A stretch of DNA of 64,000 nucleotides from Candidatus Marinacidobacterium sp. (lineage in GTDB: Bacteria; Acidobacteriota; Vicinamibacteria; Marinacidobacterales; Marinacidobacteraceae), in assembly GCA_965220965.1 (NCBI GenBank), contig OZ244852.1:824621-888620 (forward strand). Direction: 5' to 3'. The notes under the pieces are model-generated. The model worked only from the letters and a program-made list of their open reading frames with translations, ran no database searches and had not been told where the DNA came from. Below are positions 18,565 to 29,972 of this stretch, piece by piece (within the stretch, counting starts at the first letter, position 1; each line of letters begins with the position of its first letter). The position numbers and the translations under genes were made by a program.

Positions 18565-19164
18565 ATGCCGGTTCCCGCGCGCCACTTCGTGCTGGACGCC
18601 CCGCTCACTCCGCCCTGGCCCGAGGGCGTTGCGGAGACCTTCTTCGGCATGGGGTGCTTCTGGGGCGCCGAGCGGCTGTTCTGGAAGATTCCCGGGGTCT
18701 ACACCACGGCCGTCGGCTTCGCGGGCGGCGTCACTCCGAACCCCTCCTACCGCGAGGTGTGCACCGGCGCCACCGGGCACGCCGAGATCGTGCGCGTCGT
18801 CTTTCGACCGGAGCAGGTCTCGTTCGTCGAGCTGTTGCGCACCTTCTGGGAGCAGCACGACCCGACGCAGGGGATGCGGCAGGGGAACGACATCGGGACG
18901 CAGTACCGCTCCGCCATCTATGCCGTGGGCGGGGAGCAGCTCCGGGAGGCGCGCGCCGCGCAGGGCGTCTACGCCGAGCGGCTCGGCGCCGCCGGGTTCG
19001 GCGCGATCACGACCGAGATCCGCGACGCGCCGGACTTCTTCTACGCCGAGGAATACCACCAGCAGTACCTCGCGAAGAACCCGGCCGGATACTGCGGGAT
19101 CGGGGGAACCGGGGTGTCCTGCCCGGCGCCTCCCCCGAACGGCGCGGGCGCCAACGGGGCGTGA
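18565..19164 (+). CDS. msrA: Peptide-methionine (S)-S-oxide reductase MsrA
   Basis: Catalytic motif [13 protein letters not shown]; …[10 protein letters not shown]…; …YHQQYL. An alternative upstream start exists at 18496. Confidence 0.85.
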   Translation: MPVPARHFVLDAPLTPPWPEGVAETFFGMGCFWGAERLFWKIPGVYTTAVGFAGGVTPNPSYREVCTGATGHAEIVRVVFRPEQVSFVELLRTFWEQHDPTQGMRQGNDIGTQYRSAIYAVGGEQLREARAAQGVYAERLGAAGFGAITTEIRDAPDFFYAEEYHQQYLAKNPAGYCGIGGTGVSCPAPPPNGAGANGA

Positions 19165-19577
19165 GCGCCTCGTCCGCGAGCCCCGCCGGGACGGGGGACG
19201 CTGACCCCCGCGACGAGGCTTCGGAGGCCGCCCTCAAGGCCCGGTCGCTCGGGCTCGGCGGCGTCCGGCGGCACATCTTCCTGTGCGCCGACGCCTCGAA
19301 CCCCAAGTGTTGCCCTCCGGACCTCGCCGACCGGTCCTGGCGCCACCTGAAGGCGCGCCTCGACGAGCTGGGCCTGGCCTGCGGGCCCGCCGGCGGCCCC
19401 GTCGCCCGCACCAAGGCCAATTGTCTGCGGATCTGCGCCGAGGGGCCGATCGCGGTCGTCTACCCGGAGGGCGTCTGGTACCGGGGCATGACCCCCGAGG
19501 CGCTCGACCGGGTCATCGAGAGCCACCTCGCCGGCGGCGCGCCGGTTCCCGAGCACCGCATCCCGACGCCCCGCTGA
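19161..19577 (+). CDS. Thioredoxin-like [2Fe-2S] ferredoxin-family protein
   Basis: GTG start overlapping the msrA stop (GTGA). Cys ligand pattern …[14 protein letters not shown]… and …[14 protein letters not shown]…, as in NuoE-type thioredoxin-like ferredoxins. Confidence 0.5.
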   Translation: MSASSASPAGTGDADPRDEASEAALKARSLGLGGVRRHIFLCADASNPKCCPPDLADRSWRHLKARLDELGLACGPAGGPVARTKANCLRICAEGPIAVVYPEGVWYRGMTPEALDRVIESHLAGGAPVPEHRIPTPR

Positions 19578-19593
19578 GCCCCGGGGGCCGCCG

Positions 19594-22500
19594 CTACAGG
19601 ACGCGGCGGAGGAGCGTCTCCGCCTCGGCGGGCGTGATGCCGCGCCGGGCGGCGTAGTCCTCGAGCTGGTCCCTCCCGATCCTGCCGACCGAGAAGTAGC
19701 GGGCCTCGGGGCTCGCGAAGTAGAGCCCGGCGACCGACGCGGTCGGGGTGATCGCGAAGGACTCGGTGAGACGGACGCCGATCGCCGCCTCGGCGTCGAG
19801 GGCGTCGAAGATCTCGCGCGCGATCCCGGGGTCCGGGGTCCCCGGGTAGCCGGGAGCGGGCCGGATCCCGCGGTAGCGCTCGCGGAGGAGGTCCTCGGGT
19901 TCCAGGTTTTCCTCTTCGCCGTACCCCAGCTCGCGGCGCGCCGTCTCGTGGAGCTTCTCGGCGAGCGCCTCGGCGAGCCGGTCGGCGAGCGACCGCAGGA
20001 GGAGCGCGTCGTAGTCGTCGCTGGCGCGTTCGGCGGCGGCCACCGCCGTCTCGAGGCCGAGGCCGGCGGTGACGGCGAACATGCCGACCACATCCGCCCC
20101 TCCGGCGGCCGGGGCGCCGGCGCCGCCGTCCCCGAGGAAGTCGGCGAGCGCCAGGCGGGGCCCCTTCCGGTCTTCCTGCTGGCGAAGCGTCGGGATCCGG
20201 AACCGGGGCGGGCCGGACGCCGAGCGCGGTTCCCACACCAGGATGTCGTCGCCCTCCCGCGCGGCCGGGAAGAACCCGTAGACCGCGGCGGCGCGCAGTT
20301 CGTCGCCGGTGGCGAGCGCCGCGGCCCGGGCGCGGGCGGCGGCGAGCAGCTCGCGGGCCGCCGATCCGGAGTCCGGGTGATCCAGCAACGCCGGGAAGGT
20401 TCCCCGGAACTGCCAGGCGTGGAAGAACGGGGTCCAGTCGATGTAGGGGAGCAGCTCCCGGATCGCGATCTCGCGCAGGACGCGCACCCCCAGGAACCGG
20501 GGCCGGACATCCGTGGCCCGGGGGAAGCGGGGCGCGCGCCGGCGGGCCTCGGCGAGCGACAGCAGCGGCGGCCGCCCCTCCTCGCCGCGCTCGCGCAGCC
20601 GGCTCTGGGACCGCCGCAGTTCGGCGACATAGTCCTCCCGCTCGTCGCCCAGCAGGGACCGCGCGACCCCGGACGCCAGCGAGGCGTCCCGGACGTGGAC
20701 CACCGGGCCGGAGCGGGTGGGGGCGAGGCGCAGCGCGGTGTGGCGCGCCGAGGTCGTGGCGCCGCCGATGAGGAGCGGCCGGTGGTCGCCGCGGCGCTCC
20801 ATCTCGACGGCGAACCGCTCCATCTCGGCGAGCGACGGGGTGATGAGTCCGGAGAGCCCGACGAGCGCCGCGCCCCCGGCGTTGGCGCGCTCGAGGATCC
20901 GGTCGGCGGGGACCATGACCCCGAGGTCGTCGACCTCGTAGCCGTTGCACGCCAGCACGATCCCCACGATGCTCTTCCCGATGTCGTGAACATCCCCCTT
21001 CACGGTGGCGAGGACGATCCGGTCGCGGCGATCCGCGGCCTGCTCGTCGTTCCGCATGAAGGGTTCGAGCCGGGCGACCGCCCGCTTCATGACGCGGGCG
21101 CTCTTGACCACCTGGGGCAGGAACATCCGTCCATCGCCGAACCGCTCGCCCACGACCCGCATCCCGTCCATCAGCGGTCCCTCGATCACCCCGAGGGCCG
21201 ACCCGATCCCGGCGAGCGCCTCGTCGGTGTCGGCCTCGATGAAGTCGGTGAAGCCCTGAACGACGGCGTGGGCGAGCCGCTCTTCGACCGGCAGCGCGCG
21301 CCAGGCGTCGTCCGCGCCGCGGCTGGAAGCCTGGGCGCGGGCCTCCGAGGCCACCTCGAGAAGCCGCTCCGACGCGTCCGGTCGGCGCGCCAGGACCACA
21401 TCCTCCACCCGCTCGCGCAGGTCTTCGGGGATGTCGTCGTAGGCCGGGAGGCGGCCGGCGTTCACGATCCCCATATCGAGGCCGGCGGCGATGGCGTGGT
21501 GGAGGAACACCGCGTTCATCGCCTGTCGCACGCCCTCGTTGCCGCGGAAGGCGAACGAGAGATTCGAGACCCCCCCGGAGAGCAGCGATCCGGGACAGGC
21601 CTCGCGGATCCGGGGAAGCGCGTTCAGGAACTCGAGCGCATAGCGGTCGTGCTCCGCGATCCCGGTGGCGACCGCGAGGACGTTCGGGTCGAAGGCGATG
21701 TCCCCCGGCGGAACCCCGATGCCGGTGAGGAGGCGGTAGGCGCGGGCGCAGATCGCGGTCTTGCGGTCGGCGTCGACCGCCTGGCCCTCCTCGTCGAACG
21801 CCATCACGATGAGCGCGGCGCCGTAGCGGCGCACCCGCCGCGCGGAGTCGAGGAAAGCCTCCTCCCCGTCCTTGAGCGAGAGCGAGTTCACCACGCCCTT
21901 GCCGGGAAGCTGGCGGAGCCCGGCCTCGATCACGTCGAGGTCGGAGCTGTCCACGACCACCGGCAGCCGGGCGATGTCCGGCTCCATCGCCACCAGCCGC
22001 AGGAACCGGCTCATGCAGCCGGCCGAGTCGAGGAGCGCCTCGTCCATGTTGACGTCGATGAGGTTCGCGCCCCCGGCCACCTGATCCTGCGCCACGCCGA
22101 TGGCGGCCTCGAAGCGCTCGCGCCGGATGAGCCGCGCGAACCGGCGCGAGCCGGTGACGTTCGTGCGTTCGCCGACGATGAGGAAGGCCCGCTCCGGCCG
22201 CACCAGTGGCTCGTTTCCGGCGAGGCGCAGTCCGGACCGGGCGGCGGGGACCTCGCGCGGCGCCGCGCCCCGGAGCGCCTTCCGGACGGCGTCGATGTGC
22301 TCCGGCGTCGTGCCGCAGCAGCCCCCGGTGAAGTTGAGCAGGCCCTGGCGCGCGAGGTCCCGGAGCGCCGACGCGGTGGCGACGGGGATCTCGTCGTAGC
22401 CGCCGAGTTCGTTCGGCAGTCCGGCGTTCGGGACGGCGCCCACCGGGACCGGGGCGTAGCGCGCCATGCGCTCCAGGATCGGACCCATCGCCTCCGCGCC

Positions 22501-23250
22501 GAGCGAGCAGTTCACCCCGGCCGCCGTGACGCCGGCGTGCTCGACGGACACCCAGAACGCCTCGGCGTCCTGCCCCGTCAGGTTCCGGCCTCCCTGATCC
22601 ACCGCGGTGAACGAGACCAGGAGCCCGGGGTCACCGGGGGCCTCGGACATCGCCTCGGCGCAGGCGTCGAGCGCCGCCTTGGCGTTCAGCGTGTCGAAGC
22701 AGGTCTCGACCAGCAGCAGGTCCGCCCCGCCGGCGAGGAGCCCTCGCGCCTGTTCCAGGTAGGCGGCGCGGAGTTCCTCCCAGCCGATGGCCCGGTACGC
22801 CGGATCGGCCACATCGGGCGACACGCTGAGCGTCCGGTTCGTCGGGCCCATCGAGCCCAGCACGAACACCGGCCGGTCGGGCTGGAACGCCTCGATGGCG
22901 CGACGGGCGACGCGGGCGCCGGCGCGGTTGATCTCGAACGCGAAGTCCTCGAGGCCGTAGTCGGTGAGGGAGACCGCGGTCCCGTTGAACGTGTTCGTGG
23001 TGAGCGCATCGGCGCCCGCCGCGAGGTAGTCCAGGTGGACGCGCTCCACGAGCTCCGGACCGGTGAGGCAGAGGACGTCGTGAAGCCCCGCGAGCGGTTT
23101 CGGGTGTTCCCGGAGCCGGTCGCCGCGGAAGGCGGACTCCTCCAGCCGCAGCGCCTGAAGCATCGTCCCGATCGCCCCGTCGAACACGAGGATGCGCTCG
23201 CCGAGCGCCTCCCGGAAGGCGGCCCGGCCGCCGCGCGCCGCGCCGCTCAT
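19594..23250 (-). CDS. metH: Cobalamin-dependent methionine synthase MetH
   Basis: Start MSGAARGG…[13 protein letters not shown] (homocysteine-binding module). Pterin-binding, cobalamin-binding and AdoMet-activation domains follow across about 1218 aa. The ORF-track start at 23388 is an over-extension. Confidence 0.9.
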   Translation of the reverse strand: MSGAARGGRAAFREALGERILVFDGAIGTMLQALRLEESAFRGDRLREHPKPLAGLHDVLCLTGPELVERVHLDYLAAGADALTTNTFNGTAVSLTDYGLEDFAFEINRAGARVARRAIEAFQPDRPVFVLGSMGPTNRTLSVSPDVADPAYRAIGWEELRAAYLEQARGLLAGGADLLLVETCFDTLNAKAALDACAEAMSEAPGDPGLLVSFTAVDQGGRNLTGQDAEAFWVSVEHAGVTAAGVNCSLGAEAMGPILERMARYAPVPVGAVPNAGLPNELGGYDEIPVATASALRDLARQGLLNFTGGCCGTTPEHIDAVRKALRGAAPREVPAARSGLRLAGNEPLVRPERAFLIVGERTNVTGSRRFARLIRRERFEAAIGVAQDQVAGGANLIDVNMDEALLDSAGCMSRFLRLVAMEPDIARLPVVVDSSDLDVIEAGLRQLPGKGVVNSLSLKDGEEAFLDSARRVRRYGAALIVMAFDEEGQAVDADRKTAICARAYRLLTGIGVPPGDIAFDPNVLAVATGIAEHDRYALEFLNALPRIREACPGSLLSGGVSNLSFAFRGNEGVRQAMNAVFLHHAIAAGLDMGIVNAGRLPAYDDIPEDLRERVEDVVLARRPDASERLLEVASEARAQASSRGADDAWRALPVEERLAHAVVQGFTDFIEADTDEALAGIGSALGVIEGPLMDGMRVVGERFGDGRMFLPQVVKSARVMKRAVARLEPFMRNDEQAADRRDRIVLATVKGDVHDIGKSIVGIVLACNGYEVDDLGVMVPADRILERANAGGAALVGLSGLITPSLAEMERFAVEMERRGDHRPLLIGGATTSARHTALRLAPTRSGPVVHVRDASLASGVARSLLGDEREDYVAELRRSQSRLRERGEEGRPPLLSLAEARRRAPRFPRATDVRPRFLGVRVLREIAIRELLPYIDWTPFFHAWQFRGTFPALLDHPDSGSAARELLAAARARAAALATGDELRAAAVYGFFPAAREGDDILVWEPRSASGPPRFRIPTLRQQEDRKGPRLALADFLGDGGAGAPAAGGADVVGMFAVTAGLGLETAVAAAERASDDYDALLLRSLADRLAEALAEKLHETARRELGYGEEENLEPEDLLRERYRGIRPAPGYPGTPDPGIAREIFDALDAEAAIGVRLTESFAITPTASVAGLYFASPEARYFSVGRIGRDQLEDYAARRGITPAEAETLLRRVL

Positions 23251-23386
23251 GCTGGCGCGCAGTCTAGGGCGGCCCCAGTCGGTCTCCGGGCCGCCCGGTA
23301 CCATCCCCGAGCCTCGCCGGATGGCCGGGCGGGCCGCTCCGGAGCCCGTCCCGCCCGGGCGGGCGTTGACAACAGGCTCCCCGCTC

Positions 23387-24625
23387 ATGCCCCTTCATCT
23401 CTGGGTCGCCGTCGCCATCGTGGGCGGCATCGCGACCGGCGTCGCGCTCGGCGAGACGGCGGCGCTCCTGCAGCCGATCGCGGACCTGTTCGTCCAGCTC
23501 CTGCGGATGCTCATCGCGCCGTTGATCTTCATCACGCTCTCGCTGGCGATCATCGGGATCCGCGGGCGCACCGCCGGGAGCATCGGTCTGCGGGTCTTCC
23601 TCTACAACCTCGCGACCCTCGGCGCGGCGCTCGTCATCGGGATCGGTTTCGCGGTCTGGATCGGGCCCGGCGTCGGCGTCGACCTGTCGGCGCTCGGAGG
23701 CGTACCGGATGACCCCGGAACCGGGGCGGCGCCCACCGGCCGATCCTTCGGCGACATCCTCGTCGGCATCGTGCCTTCGAGCATCGGTCGCGCCTTCGTG
23801 GAAGGCGATGTGCTCCAGGTCCTGTTCCTGTCGATCGTGTTCGGCTTCGCGGTGAACGCGTTGGGCGCCGAGCGGACAAAGCCGCTGGTGGCTGTCCTGC
23901 GCGCCGTGAACGACGTCCTCTACCGGGTCGTCGGGTGGGTCGTGCGGCTCGCGCCGCTGGGCGTCTTTGCGATCCTCGCCGCAGTCGTTGGCCAGTCGGG
24001 CCTCGGAGTGCTGGGCGCGCTCGGCTGGTACATGGGGGTCTGCCTCATCGCCGCGACCGTGCAGGTGGTGGGCGTTCACGGGGGCGCGGTGCGGCTCCTG
24101 GCCGGGCAACCGATCCGGAACATGCTGCGGGCGCTGCGCGAGCCGCTCCCGGTCGCGTTCGCCTCGGTCTCCACCGCCGCGGCCCTCCCGGTGTCCATGG
24201 CCTCGGTCCCGGAGGCGACCGGGATCTCCCGCCGGGTCGCGGGGTTCGCGCTCCCGTTCGGCGCGGCGGTGGGCCGCGACTCGAGCGGGATCTACCAGGT
24301 CGTCTCGGTCGTCACGATCGCGCAGCTCGTCGGGGAGCCGCTCGCCGGCGTCCAGTTCGCGGTGCTCTGGGTCACCGCGATCCTCAGCTCCTGGGCGGTG
24401 TCGGCGGTTCCCGGCGCCAGCTTCGTGAATCTCACGATCCTGCTCGGCGCGATGGGCCTACCGCTCCACCTCTCGGTCCTCGTCCTCGCGGTGGAGCGCC
24501 CGCTCGACCACCTGCGCACCTCGGGGAACCTCATCGGTCAGCTCTCGAACGCGGTCTTCACCGGGGCCACGTCCGGGGAGATCGGCCCTCCGGGCCGGAG
24601 CAGGACCGCCGCTCCGGTGACCTGA
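23387..24625 (+). CDS. Dicarboxylate/amino acid:cation symporter (DAACS; GltP/DctA-like)
   Basis: Multi-transmembrane protein with typical DAACS features (…[14 protein letters not shown]…; …[18 protein letters not shown]…). ATG at 23387 is preceded by TTGACA at 23366. Divergent from metH. Confidence 0.7.
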   Translation: MPLHLWVAVAIVGGIATGVALGETAALLQPIADLFVQLLRMLIAPLIFITLSLAIIGIRGRTAGSIGLRVFLYNLATLGAALVIGIGFAVWIGPGVGVDLSALGGVPDDPGTGAAPTGRSFGDILVGIVPSSIGRAFVEGDVLQVLFLSIVFGFAVNALGAERTKPLVAVLRAVNDVLYRVVGWVVRLAPLGVFAILAAVVGQSGLGVLGALGWYMGVCLIAATVQVVGVHGGAVRLLAGQPIRNMLRALREPLPVAFASVSTAAALPVSMASVPEATGISRRVAGFALPFGAAVGRDSSGIYQVVSVVTIAQLVGEPLAGVQFAVLWVTAILSSWAVSAVPGASFVNLTILLGAMGLPLHLSVLVLAVERPLDHLRTSGNLIGQLSNAVFTGATSGEIGPPGRSRTAAPVT

Positions 24626-24638
24626 CCGGGGGCTGGCG

Positions 24639-25652
24639 ATGGTTCAGCGGGCGCGTCCGGTTCTGATCGCCCTGGCGTGGCTGGGTCTGCTGGCGGCGGG
24701 GTGCGGGGGCGACCCGGCCAGCGGGCCCGCGGTTCCCGCCGGACCGGTTCCGGCGGACGCCAGCGTCCGGGGGGTCGTGACCGCCACCGTGACCGGCGGA
24801 CCGGTGGCGGGGGCCGTCTTCACCGTCGGCGGGAGCGTGGCGGGCCGGTCGGGAAGCGACGGATCGTTCGGCCTCGAGCTTGCCGATGGCGTCCACCAGG
24901 TCACGGTTGCGGCGCCGGGCTACGTCGAGCGGGTCACGCGGATCCGGTCTCCCGCCACCGACGTTGCGGTGGACGTGATCCCCGAGGCGGCGCCGTGGAC
25001 GCTCGAGTTCTATCGGGAACTGGCCCGGAACGGCGCCGGGGGCGGCGAACTCGAACCGCTCGTCCGGTGGGAGGTCGAACCGGTCTTCTACATCGACACC
25101 CGCCCGGAGCCCGCCACCAGGGAGGCGATCCCGCCGGAGACCGTCGCCTTCGTCCGCGAGGCGATCCGGGTCTCGGTGTCGCTGCTCACCGGCGGCCGGT
25201 TCACCGGGGAACAGGTCCATGTGACCAATGAGCCGCCTCCGGATCTGACCCCCGGGACGGTCGTTCTTCGCTGGGACGCCAGGGAAGTGGCCGATGTCGC
25301 CGGGACCGCAAACGCCTTCGCCTTCCACGTCGGCGGTCCGGCGAATGTCGTGGTGTTCCGGCACATCGAGCAGACCTGGGCGGTCCACCATGAAATCGGC
25401 CACGTGATGGGGCTCTATCACCCGCTCGGGGGGTACCGCCCGACGCACATGTGGTACTCGGGCAACCTCGAGCCGCCCCACTTCACCGAGTGGGATCTGT
25501 TCCACGCGCGGGTGCTCTACTCGCGCCCTCCGGGGAACGTGGATATCGACCGGGACCCTCCCGGCTTCGCGCTCGGCGGCCCGGCAGCGACGACGGGAGC
25601 GGTCGCCGCCCCGCGCGGTCCGGTGATCTGCCCGCCGTCGCCGGCGCGCTGA
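24639..25652 (+). CDS. Lipoprotein zinc metalloprotease (metzincin HExxHxxGxxH) with an N-terminal carboxypeptidase-regulatory-like beta-sandwich domain
   Basis: Lipobox LLAAGC. HEIGHVMGLYH is a complete metzincin zinc-binding motif. Confidence 0.65.
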   Translation: MVQRARPVLIALAWLGLLAAGCGGDPASGPAVPAGPVPADASVRGVVTATVTGGPVAGAVFTVGGSVAGRSGSDGSFGLELADGVHQVTVAAPGYVERVTRIRSPATDVAVDVIPEAAPWTLEFYRELARNGAGGGELEPLVRWEVEPVFYIDTRPEPATREAIPPETVAFVREAIRVSVSLLTGGRFTGEQVHVTNEPPPDLTPGTVVLRWDAREVADVAGTANAFAFHVGGPANVVVFRHIEQTWAVHHEIGHVMGLYHPLGGYRPTHMWYSGNLEPPHFTEWDLFHARVLYSRPPGNVDIDRDPPGFALGGPAATTGAVAAPRGPVICPPSPAR

Positions 25653-25667
25653 CGAGAACGGACTGCG

Positions 25668-27320
25668 CTAGCCGAGCAGCAGGTTCCGGGCCCGCCGGTC
25701 GGCGCGCGGGTCCTCGAACGACGCGAGCAGCCAGTTCGCGAACCCGGGGCCGTAGCGGTTCCGGAAGACCGCCGGGCTGAGTCGGCGCTCCTGGGGGACG
25801 CCTTCGGGAAACAGACCGTTGCGGGCGCGCAGGAAGCGGGCCCGGCGCTCCTCGTCGCGCCGCTTGGCGGCGCGCACCGCCCGTTTTTCCAGTCCGTCCA
25901 GGATCGCGAGCATCTTCCCCCGGGTTCGTTGCGCCGTGGGGCCGAGGCTGTGGTCGAGCGCCTCGACGGCGGACTCGACGGCCCGAAGGCCGGCGTCGAG
26001 ATCGGCGCGGGTGGCGGCGATCGCCGCGGCGACTCCGGGGTCTTCGGTCACCCGGTTCAGCGCCGCCTCGTCCCGGGCGGCCAGTTCGTCGAAATCGATC
26101 CCGTCGCGGTCCACGACGCGAAGCTGCGAGGCGTTCATCACCGTCACCTGGTGGCGGGGCGTGACCAGCGGGCGCGGGATCCCGTGGAGCCCGTAGAGGC
26201 CGCCGATCTGGGCGTGGTAGGCGATCTCGGACGGGCCGGCGACGTAGGCGAGCGTCGGAAGCAGGAAGTCCTGGATCAGCGGGCGGAGCAGGACCGCGGC
26301 GCTGAGCCGCTCCGGCGCGGCCCGGAGCGCATCGGGCGCCAGCTCTTCGGCGCGCGCTCTCCGGCGGGCGCCCGACTCGTCGGTCACGAAGACGCCGTAT
26401 CCCTCGGGCGTCGCCTGCCCGGAGTAGCCGGCGGCCTCGATGCGGGCGGTGCTCCTCCGGATGCGTCGACGCCCGTCCTCCCCGGCGGCGGCCCGTTCGT
26501 ACACCGCCAGAGCGGACTGCTTGAAGACCGGAGCGCCGCCGTCCATCGCGACGAGCCCGGTTCCGCGGGTCAGGCGCAGGACGAATCGGGTGAAGGCCTC
26601 GCCGAGGGAGTGGCCGGGCGCATAGGCGGCGTGAAGCGCCTCCGCGACCTCGCCCGAGAAGTCGGTCGCCGGAAGCGCTTCGGTGAAGGCGGAGACGAGG
26701 TCGGGGATCGACTCGTCCAGAAGTCGGCGGGCCGCCGGGAGGCGGAGCGCCGCGTCGGCGGGCTCGTAGCGGAACACGCGGGCTTCCCCGGCGGGGTCGA
26801 GCAGCCAGGCGTCGCGCACCTCTTCGAAGTCGTGGTCGTCCGACTCGACCCAGAAGACCGGAACGACCGGGTTCCCGACGATGGCTTCGAGTTCGCGGGC
26901 GGTCGCGACCGCCGACATGGCCTTGGCCAGCGAGTAGAGCGGACCGCCGAAGAGGCCGGCCTGCTGTCCGGTGACGACCACCAGGACGCCGGGCTCGGCG
27001 ATCCGGGCGGCGGCGGCCACCGCGAGCGCGTCGCCGCCGAGGGTCTCGTTCGTGTGGACGAGCGCGGCTGCGGTGGCCTCGCGCGGATGGGGGAACGCGC
27101 TCACCGAGGCGGCCGTCCGCTCCGCCACCGCAGGATCGAACGGGTCGGGGAGCAGATCGGCGAAGGCTCCGGGGTCCGCGGCCCAGGCGGGGAAGAACCC
27201 GCGGGCGGCGCCGGGCGGAACGAGCGGCAGCGTGCGCAGGAAGCCGCTCCCGGCGGCTCCGGGGAGGCCCGCAGCGGGGGCGGCGGACTCGCGCGGCGAG
27301 GTGACGGCGCCTCCGTTCAT
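25668..27320 (-). CDS. bshC: Bacillithiol biosynthesis cysteine-adding enzyme BshC
   Basis: Hallmark VVTGQQAGLFGGPLYSLAKA; VFWVESDDHDFEEV; about 550 aa from the ATG at 27320. The ORF-track start at 27917 is an Arg-rich read-through. Confidence 0.8.
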   Translation of the reverse strand: MNGGAVTSPRESAAPAAGLPGAAGSGFLRTLPLVPPGAARGFFPAWAADPGAFADLLPDPFDPAVAERTAASVSAFPHPREATAAALVHTNETLGGDALAVAAAARIAEPGVLVVVTGQQAGLFGGPLYSLAKAMSAVATARELEAIVGNPVVPVFWVESDDHDFEEVRDAWLLDPAGEARVFRYEPADAALRLPAARRLLDESIPDLVSAFTEALPATDFSGEVAEALHAAYAPGHSLGEAFTRFVLRLTRGTGLVAMDGGAPVFKQSALAVYERAAAGEDGRRRIRRSTARIEAAGYSGQATPEGYGVFVTDESGARRRARAEELAPDALRAAPERLSAAVLLRPLIQDFLLPTLAYVAGPSEIAYHAQIGGLYGLHGIPRPLVTPRHQVTVMNASQLRVVDRDGIDFDELAARDEAALNRVTEDPGVAAAIAATRADLDAGLRAVESAVEALDHSLGPTAQRTRGKMLAILDGLEKRAVRAAKRRDEERRARFLRARNGLFPEGVPQERRLSPAVFRNRYGPGFANWLLASFEDPRADRRARNLLLG

Positions 27321-27952
27321 CGACCGGTTCCTCCCGGCGGTTCGGGGTCCTCGCCGCACAGTTCGCGCGCCAGCGCGACCGCGGGGTCGATCCGCCCCAT
27401 GCGCTCCGGCGGGTACACCCGCCACCTCGCCTTGCCCAGGATCAGCTCCTCGGGAAGCGGCCCCCAGTGGCGGCTGTCGCTGCTGCGGACCCGGTTGTCG
27501 CCGACCACGAAGTACTCGCCCGCATCCAGGGCGATCTCGACGCTCTCCGGACGATCCGCCAGAACGGACGCGCCGCCCCCGGAAGCCCCCGGACACGGCT
27601 GGAGGTTCGCTCCGGTCGGGGCGAGCACCAGCACCTCGTCCTCGTGGAAGCGCACGGTGTCCCCCGGCAGGCCGGCCACCCGCTTCACCAGGATAGCGCC
27701 GGATCCCCCGGGATCGCGGAACACGAGGACATCGCCGCGATCCAGCGCGCCGAACCGCACGGCGATCTTGTCGACGAGAACCCGTTCGCCCGATTCGAGC
27801 GCGGGGTCCATGCTGGCCCCCTGGATCCGGAACACCTGAACTCCGTACGTCAGGACAAGCCAGGCGCAGATCCCGGACAGGGCGCCGGTCCGGGCCAGGC
27901 GGAGGGCGGACCGCCACCGGCGGCGACCGCTCCGAACCGGGGGAGGGATCAC
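27317..27952 (-). CDS. lepB: Signal peptidase I
   Basis: Catalytic Ser region IQGASMDPAL; Lys region VKRVAGLPGDTV; C-terminal GDNRVRSSDSRHWGPLP box. Its stop overlaps the bshC start (ATGA). Confidence 0.85.
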   Translation of the reverse strand: MIPPPVRSGRRRWRSALRLARTGALSGICAWLVLTYGVQVFRIQGASMDPALESGERVLVDKIAVRFGALDRGDVLVFRDPGGSGAILVKRVAGLPGDTVRFHEDEVLVLAPTGANLQPCPGASGGGASVLADRPESVEIALDAGEYFVVGDNRVRSSDSRHWGPLPEELILGKARWRVYPPERMGRIDPAVALARELCGEDPEPPGGTGR

Positions 27953-29877
27953 ATCCGCTCCGGGACCGGGATCCCCAGAAGCTCCAGCCCGAGTCGGTGC
28001 TGCCAGTAGAACATCGTCACGCCGTAGGCCCGGAGTTCCCGGACCTCGGGGTCGGGTTCTCCCGCCACCTGGTGGCGGTGGTAGAAGGCGTTGAACCGCT
28101 GCGCCCCCTCGTAGGCCCAGCGCGCGAGCACCTGGGGGTCCTCCTGTTCCGCCGCCCGCGCCGCCGCTGCGCCGAGGCCGGCTGCCTCGCGCAACAACAC
28201 CCAGAGGTCCCCGGCGTCCTCCGGCGGGAGCGCGTCGAGGCGGGCGTCGAGGTCCGGGAGCGGGGCGGGGAAGCGCTCCGGAACCGGGATGTCGAGCCGG
28301 GCGAGGATGTTCTTCGCGCGAACCGCGGCGTACTGGAGGTAGGGGCCGGTGGCCCCGTCGAAGCTGAGCGCCTCCTCGAGGTCGAAGACGATGCCCTGGT
28401 TCTTCGTGACGCGGACCATAAGGTACCGGAGCGCGCCGACCGCGATGTCGCGGGCCAGTTCGGTGCGCCGTCCCTCGTCGAGGTCCGGGTTCCTCGAACC
28501 GACCTCGTTCCGGGCCCGGTCGATCAGCGCGTCCAGGAAGTCGTCCGCCTTGACCCCGACGCCCTTCCTTCCGGAGACCTCGACCGCGCCGTCGTCTCCG
28601 TCGTCGAGGCCGCCGAGACCAAGCGCCTCCACCGTCGCCCGGGTCAGCGACACCATCTCGTAAGCGAGGTGGCGGGTCCGCGCCCGGTCCGCCTCGGTGG
28701 TGAGGCGGGCGACCGCTTCCTGGACGATCTGCTGGGGATAGGTCTGGCGGGTGTCGATGACGTGGTGGGCGATCGCCGCTCCCCCGAAGCGGGGCGCCGG
28801 ATCGTCACCGGTGTCCTCCGTCGTGATCCAGGCGTCGGCGGTTCCGCCTGCGGCGTCCTGGTACCCGAAGAACCGCCGGTAACGGAAGGCGCGGTCCAGG
28901 AGCCCGAGCTGCCACATGTGGTAAGCGATGTCCTTGCCGACGTAGGTGACGGTTCCGTTCGAGCGCACGATGACCTTCTCGCCGTCCTGCGCCAGATCGG
29001 TCTCCATGACCCAGCACCCGCGGTTCTTTCCGTCCTCGCGGTAGCGGACCGCGCCGGTCTCGCGCAGCCGCTCGAAGGCGTGGTCCCAGAAGGAGAGCCG
29101 CAGGATCGTCTTCTCGCAGGCGAGCAGGTCGTAGCGCACGCCGATCCGCTCCATCGTCTCGAGGTGGCGGCGCGCCACCGCCTCGGCTACGACCTCTCCG
29201 ATGGCGGACCATGGCGGCTCGCCGCGTTCCATGCCGTGGAGCGCCTCGCGCCGCAGCGCGGCGGCCTTCGGGTCGGCGGCGATCCAGCGGGAGACCTCGG
29301 TGTAGAGATCCCAGCAGAGGTAGTCGAAACGCGGCGCTTCGGTGAGTTGCCTGACCTCGGCTTCGCCTTCCTTCCGGAGCGCCTGGAACCCGAGCGCCAC
29401 GTCCGCCACCTGGACGCCGGTGTCGTCGATGTAGTTCTGGACTTCCACCCGGCGCCCCAGGTATCGCAGGATGCGGGCGAAGGAGTCCCCCAGCGCCGCG
29501 TTCCGCAGGTGGCCGATGTGCGCCGCCTTGTTCGGGTTGATGCTGGTGTGCTCGACGATGTGGACCCCGTCGTGCGGTTCCGGGTCGTTCGGCCGCTCGG
29601 CGGCGGCGAGCCACGCCGCCCGGCGCACGAAGACGTTCACGTAGCCGGGCCCGGCGACCTCGACCCGCGCCACCTCCGGGCGCGCCTCGAGCGCCCCGGC
29701 GATCAGCGGCGCGATGGCGCGCGGCGACTTCCTGAGGACCCGGGCCAGGCCGAAGGCTGCGGGGAACGCGATGTCGCCCAGCGCCGGGGAGGGCGGCGTC
29801 TCGGCCGCCACCGCAAAATCGGGCGCCCCCGCCTGCGCCGCCGCCCGCCGCACGACCTCTTCCAGAACAGACTGCAT
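27949..29877 (-). CDS. argS: Arginine--tRNA ligase
   Basis: Class-I HIGH-type motif HTSINPNKAAHIGHLRNA; anticodon-binding C-terminal domain (…YAAVRAKNIL…); about 642 aa. Confidence 0.85.
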   Translation of the reverse strand: MQSVLEEVVRRAAAQAGAPDFAVAAETPPSPALGDIAFPAAFGLARVLRKSPRAIAPLIAGALEARPEVARVEVAGPGYVNVFVRRAAWLAAAERPNDPEPHDGVHIVEHTSINPNKAAHIGHLRNAALGDSFARILRYLGRRVEVQNYIDDTGVQVADVALGFQALRKEGEAEVRQLTEAPRFDYLCWDLYTEVSRWIAADPKAAALRREALHGMERGEPPWSAIGEVVAEAVARRHLETMERIGVRYDLLACEKTILRLSFWDHAFERLRETGAVRYREDGKNRGCWVMETDLAQDGEKVIVRSNGTVTYVGKDIAYHMWQLGLLDRAFRYRRFFGYQDAAGGTADAWITTEDTGDDPAPRFGGAAIAHHVIDTRQTYPQQIVQEAVARLTTEADRARTRHLAYEMVSLTRATVEALGLGGLDDGDDGAVEVSGRKGVGVKADDFLDALIDRARNEVGSRNPDLDEGRRTELARDIAVGALRYLMVRVTKNQGIVFDLEEALSFDGATGPYLQYAAVRAKNILARLDIPVPERFPAPLPDLDARLDALPPEDAGDLWVLLREAAGLGAAAARAAEQEDPQVLARWAYEGAQRFNAFYHRHQVAGEPDPEVRELRAYGVTMFYWQHRLGLELLGIPVPERM

Positions 29878-29972
29878 CGGCGGCGCGCCCGGGAGTGTAG
29901 TGGGATAACCGGGGCGGCCGACGCGGAGCGCCCCGCTCCCGATCTGTAAGCTCCCCGGACTCCGCCGGAACG

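Noticed and set aside
19041-20993. 650-aa and 496-aa minus-strand ORFs and the 1254-aa plus-strand ORF (19948..23712) overlapping metH
   Set aside because: metH occupies this region with unambiguous domain signatures. The alternatives are low-complexity.
29878-29972. Possible SAM (S-box) riboswitch upstream of the yitJ-like gene
   Set aside because: The intergenic region is only 95 nt and shows no recognisable S-box helices or kink-turn. It may instead be promoter or operator; see the related finding.
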